Source: an uncultured Verrucomicrobiae bacterium (GTDB lineage Bacteria; Verrucomicrobiota; Verrucomicrobiia; Limisphaerales; Palsa-1400). From it: 64,000 nucleotides of DNA. The stretch is from NCBI GenBank assembly GCA_963707025.1, contig CAVPOM010000007.1:96001-160000 (forward strand), written 5' to 3'. This document shows, piece by piece, positions 60,408 to 64,000 of the stretch. A program made the position numbers and the translations under genes. Position 1 is the first letter of the stretch, and the number at the start of each line of letters is the position of its first letter. The notes beneath the pieces were generated by a model that made no database searches, was not told the origin of the DNA, and worked only from the letters and a program-made list of their open reading frames with translations.

Positions 60408-60842
60408 ATGAGCCTCTACGCGGACACCAGTCTGCTCATTTCGTATTACATCAGCGATGCCAACAGCACTCGCGCCCAGGGTCTCATTCATGCGATGACC
60501 GGCCCTTTGGCGTTTACCGGTTTGCACCGCTTGGAAATGCGGAGCGCGCTGACGTTGGGTGTTTTTCGGCACATCCTGACGCCGGCCCAAATCAGCGCTG
60601 CCTGGTCCGATGTTGAACGCGATTTGCGAGCCGGGCGCTTGTTTCCTCAACCCATCAATTGGATGCCGGTTTTTCGAGGAGCGGCGCAATGGGCTGCCCT
60701 TCACGGAACGACCGTCGGCTGCCGCAGCCTCGATGTTCTGCATGTGGCCACCGCCAAAAAGCTCAACGCCGCGGAGTTCTTCACGTTCGACAATCGGCAG
60801 AAAGCATTGGCGCTCCTGCTCGGTTTGACTGTGAAACCATAA
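60408..60842 (+). CDS. VapC/PIN toxin
   Basis: YADTS...E...RSLDVLHVATA...FFTFDNRQ. Confidence 0.9.
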   Translation: MSLYADTSLLISYYISDANSTRAQGLIHAMTGPLAFTGLHRLEMRSALTLGVFRHILTPAQISAAWSDVERDLRAGRLFPQPINWMPVFRGAAQWAALHGTTVGCRSLDVLHVATAKKLNAAEFFTFDNRQKALALLLGLTVKP

Positions 60843-60862
60843 AGATTGCCGGCGGAGTTGGC

Positions 60863-62240
60863 CTAAACTTCCACGCTTAATCCCGGCTGGGGCTGGATGA
60901 TTTTGATTTTTGGGTAGCGGTCGCGGATTTGGTCCTCCACCCATTGGCGGGCGCTGGCGCTGCCGTGGCCCAACAAAACCGTGCGCGGCGAAACCACGCC
61001 CACAAAATCCACCAGCGACTCGCGGCTGGCATGGGCGGTCAAATCAAAGTCTTCCAGCACACAATGGCGCGTCAATTCGCCGCCACTGGCGCTGAACAGG
61101 AAGGGCACGCCGGGCTGGGAGGCTTTGAGCCGGCCGCCAGGCGTGTCCGGGTCGGCGTAGCCGACGAAGAAGATGGCCTGCTTTTCCTGGCCGGCCATGC
61201 GGATGGCCAGATCGTGGGCGGGGGTGCCCTCGGTCATCATGCCCGCCGTGAGGACAAAGATGCGGCCGCCGGTGAGCTTCATGTTCAACAGTTGCTCGCG
61301 TTCCAGGACGATGAGTTGGAGGGCCTCCAACAATTGCAAATCGGGGTGGCCGCGATTGGCCAGGTGCGCCTTCAAATCGTAGGTTTCGGTGAAAACGCGG
61401 CCCAAGCCGCCGATATAGATGTGCTGGCGCCGCAGTTTGTGGGCGGCCATCATCAGGGCCAGTTGGGCCAGGATTTCCTGGGTGCGGCCCAAAGCGAAGG
61501 TGGGCAGCAGAATGCAACCGCCGGTGGCCAGGACCCGCTCCATGGACCGGGCCAGGCGTTCCGCCTCGGCCTCGCGGGTGAAGCCGGGCGGGGTGGCGCG
61601 TTCGCCCCGGGTGGTTTCCATGATGAGGACATCGGCCCGGATGTCGGAAAAACGGGCGGCTTTGAGGATGGTTTGGTCGTGGAAACAAACGTCGCCGGTA
61701 TAAAAAAGCGTTTGGGATTTTCCCCGGACCAGGATGCCGGCGGAGCCCAGGGCGTGGCCGGCGTCGTGAAATTCCAGGGTGGGAGGGGGCAGTCCGGCGC
61801 GGGCTTTGGCGTGGGAGTTCCATTCGATTTGGCGGTTGTAGCGAAAGCCCTGAAATTGCGGCTCCAGTTCCTCCAGTTCCTGGTGGGTGTAAAAGGGATA
61901 GTCCCGGACGCCGTTTTCGTCGCGCTGGCGGATCATGACGTTGACGGAATTATGCAGGACGCGGCCGATGAGGAAGTAGCTCAACTCGGTCATGAGGATG
62001 TGGGCCTTGGGGAAATGGCGCATCGCCACTGGCAGGGAGCCAACGTGATCGTGGTGACAATGGCTCAGGGCGATGGCATCCAGGTCTTCCTTGGCAACGG
62101 CCGAATAAAGCGGGAGGCTGGCGCGGCCTTCGCGTTTGGGATGCAGCCCCGGCGTCCATGAGAAGGCGGTTGCCGTCCATCTCCACCCACCAGGCGCTGG
62201 CGCCAATGTCGGTGTCGGGATTGAGATTAACAATGCGCAT
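60863..62240 (-). CDS. Beta-CASP metallo-beta-lactamase ribonuclease (frameshift near 62150)
   Basis: MRIVNL...IGAS...MDAG, SHCHHDH, AGHALGSA, FALGRTQE, AHAS. Confidence 0.88.
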
Positions 62241-62348
62241 GGGGGGCGGCCGCGGCCAGGACGGGGGTGGCAAACCAGCGCCGGAACGCCGGAAAAGGGG
62301 GGCTGAAAGAAAATTTGAACATTTGCATGACCTGGCGCGTCAATAGTT

Positions 62349-62472
62349 ATGAGTTCCGAAACTGGAACTGGGCGGGTTTTTGGTTTTCCCATCCAGGTAT
62401 CCCTTCGGACTCATGGGTTGGTTAGTTTGGTTGTTGGGAGGGCGGATGCTGCAATGGCGTCCGCCCTTTTTT
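62349..62472 (+). ncRNA. Candidate structured small RNA with intrinsic terminator
   Basis: atgagttccgaa/ttcggactcat stem, GU-rich linker, agggcggatgc/gcgtccgccct hairpin plus T run, antisense to both flanking genes. Confidence 0.5.
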
Positions 62473-62586
62473 ATTGGTCCGGCGGTGTTTTCTCCCGGAG
62501 GCGAGGCGTTTTCGGTCATCATGGGGCGGAAATGTATAGGGGGCCGGAGAGGTTTCTCCAAGAAAAATGAATTCGCCTGGCGCCGG

Positions 62587-63588
62587 TCATGGGCCTCCGG
62601 GGCGAGCCTGGGCGACGGGAGCAGTATCGTGAGGCTGGTGAGGCGGCGGTTGGAGCAAGGCCCAATAGCGCAGGCCGCGGGTGCTGATCTGCAACCGGGC
62701 AAAGCCAAACCGCTCCATAATGGCTTCGTAAATGGCCATGCCGGTCAGGATCACATCGGCCCGGTCGGGCGGCAGTCCGGCTGTTTTCCGGCGGCTGGCC
62801 AGCGGCAGTTGCCATTGGGCTTCCAGGAGCGCGCGCAGGCGCGCCGCGGGCAGGACGGTGGCTTCGATCTGCGCCCTGTTAAAATCCTCCGCCCCGGCCT
62901 CCATGCGGGCCAGGATGGAGGCCGTGCCGCTGGTGCCGACTAACTGCACCTGGCCGCGGCATTGGCGCAGGGCGGGTTGGAGCGCCGGGACGACCTGCTG
63001 GTCCAGGAATTCCCGCAAAACGGCGCGGCAGCGGCCCAGCGCCTCCAGTCCCGGCGGATCGCCCGGCTGCAGTTGCTCCAGCAAACGCACCGTGCCCAGC
63101 GCATAACTGCGGCAGAACCGGGGAACGGCGTTTTCACCCACGATGAATTCGGTGCTGCCGCCGCCCACATCGAGCACCAGCGCCGGCAGGCGGGCCAGTT
63201 TTGGATCGCTGGCCACGCCGCGGAAGACCCATTCGGCTTCCTCCTCCCCGGACAGAATCTCCATGGGCAAACCGGATTCCTGACGGATGGCGGCGACCAG
63301 TTGGGCGGCATTGAGGGCGTCGCGGGCCGCGCTGGTGCCGATGATGCGGACGGTGCCGGCCCCCAATTGCGCGGCCTTGGCGGCATACTTGGCGGCGGCG
63401 GCGGCGGTTTCGGCGATGGCGGCCTGGCGCAGTTGCCGGGTGCCGTAGAAACCGGCGCCCAGGCGGGTCTGATTGCTCTGTTCCAAAACCGGCGTGATGA
63501 GCGGGCCGGCCACGCCGGCCACGAGCAATTTGACCGAGTTGGTGCCAACGTCAATGACGGCCCGGCGTTGCGGAGGTTGGCTTTGCAT
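62587..63588 (-). CDS. ppx: Ppx/GppA exopolyphosphatase
   Basis: IDVGTNSVKL, TSAARDA, LSGEEEA, DVGGGSTE, RADVI. Confidence 0.92.
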   Translation of the reverse strand: MQSQPPQRRAVIDVGTNSVKLLVAGVAGPLITPVLEQSNQTRLGAGFYGTRQLRQAAIAETAAAAAKYAAKAAQLGAGTVRIIGTSAARDALNAAQLVAAIRQESGLPMEILSGEEEAEWVFRGVASDPKLARLPALVLDVGGGSTEFIVGENAVPRFCRSYALGTVRLLEQLQPGDPPGLEALGRCRAVLREFLDQQVVPALQPALRQCRGQVQLVGTSGTASILARMEAGAEDFNRAQIEATVLPAARLRALLEAQWQLPLASRRKTAGLPPDRADVILTGMAIYEAIMERFGFARLQISTRGLRYWALLQPPPHQPHDTAPVAQARPGGP

Positions 63589-63591
63589 CCG

Positions 63592-64000
63592 TCACTTGGA
63601 TTGGCGGCGGGCCAGGACGGCCCCGCCGACTATGCCCGCGTCGTCCCCTTTCTTGGTGGCCACGATGTCCACCCCCTTGGTCGAACCGCTCATGCCGTAA
63701 TCCTGGGCGGTTTCCACGATAATGGCCATCATTTCCTCGCCCAGGGCGTCAATGACTCCGCCGCCCAGGACGACCACCTGGGGGTTGAGCAGATTGATGA
63801 CGTTGGCCACGGCGATGCCGGTGTATTCGGCGGCTTCCTCGACGATTTGCTCGACCAGTTTGTCGCCTTTTTTGATGGCCTTGCGCAGATCGCCGCTGCG
63901 CAGGTCCTTCAAATCAGGGCCCAGGGATTCGGTCAGGAGGGTCTTTTTGCCATCGGCCACCGCCTCGGAGAGTCGGCGGAAGATGGCGGTGCGGCTGGCC
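63592..64000 (-). CDS. ROK-family kinase/regulator, 5' part outside window
   Basis: ASRTAI, INLLNPQVVVLGGG, DDAGIVGGA. Confidence 0.88.
   Translation of the reverse strand, partial: ASRTAIFRRLSEAVADGKKTLLTESLGPDLKDLRSGDLRKAIKKGDKLVEQIVEEAAEYTGIAVANVINLLNPQVVVLGGGVIDALGEEMMAIIVETAQDYGMSGSTKGVDIVATKKGDDAGIVGGAVLARRQSK

Overview
GC-rich bacterial chromosomal window. Gene and repeat content suggests Verrucomicrobiota subdivision 3 (Pedosphaera/Limisphaera-like); this is inference only. The backbone carries housekeeping and carbohydrate genes: GH29, GH2, aguA plus a DHS-like gene and a decarboxylase, lpxK-waaF, mtnP, purU, nadB, MMPL-MlaEFD, moaA, a phospholipid triplet, DPP IV, aroC, recN, ppx and ROK. 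Accessory DNA is heavy. It includes a 5-cassette integron array with no integrase (CALIN) at 5.37-8.15 kb, which has two attI-like heads and is bounded by a 39-bp duplication of the GH2 3' end. There is also a degraded defence-like islet hit by two identical IS4 copies, eight toxin-antitoxin-like pairs (mostly leaderless), and many REP, MITE and micro-repeat elements. Other highlights are a plant ARA1-like arabinokinase paired with a nucleotidyltransferase, an MCE system with an aromatic-Pro repeat outer-membrane candidate, and a candidate sRNA. Several single-base frameshifts, very dense in nadB, look like assembly errors. No rRNA, tRNA or CRISPR array was recognised.
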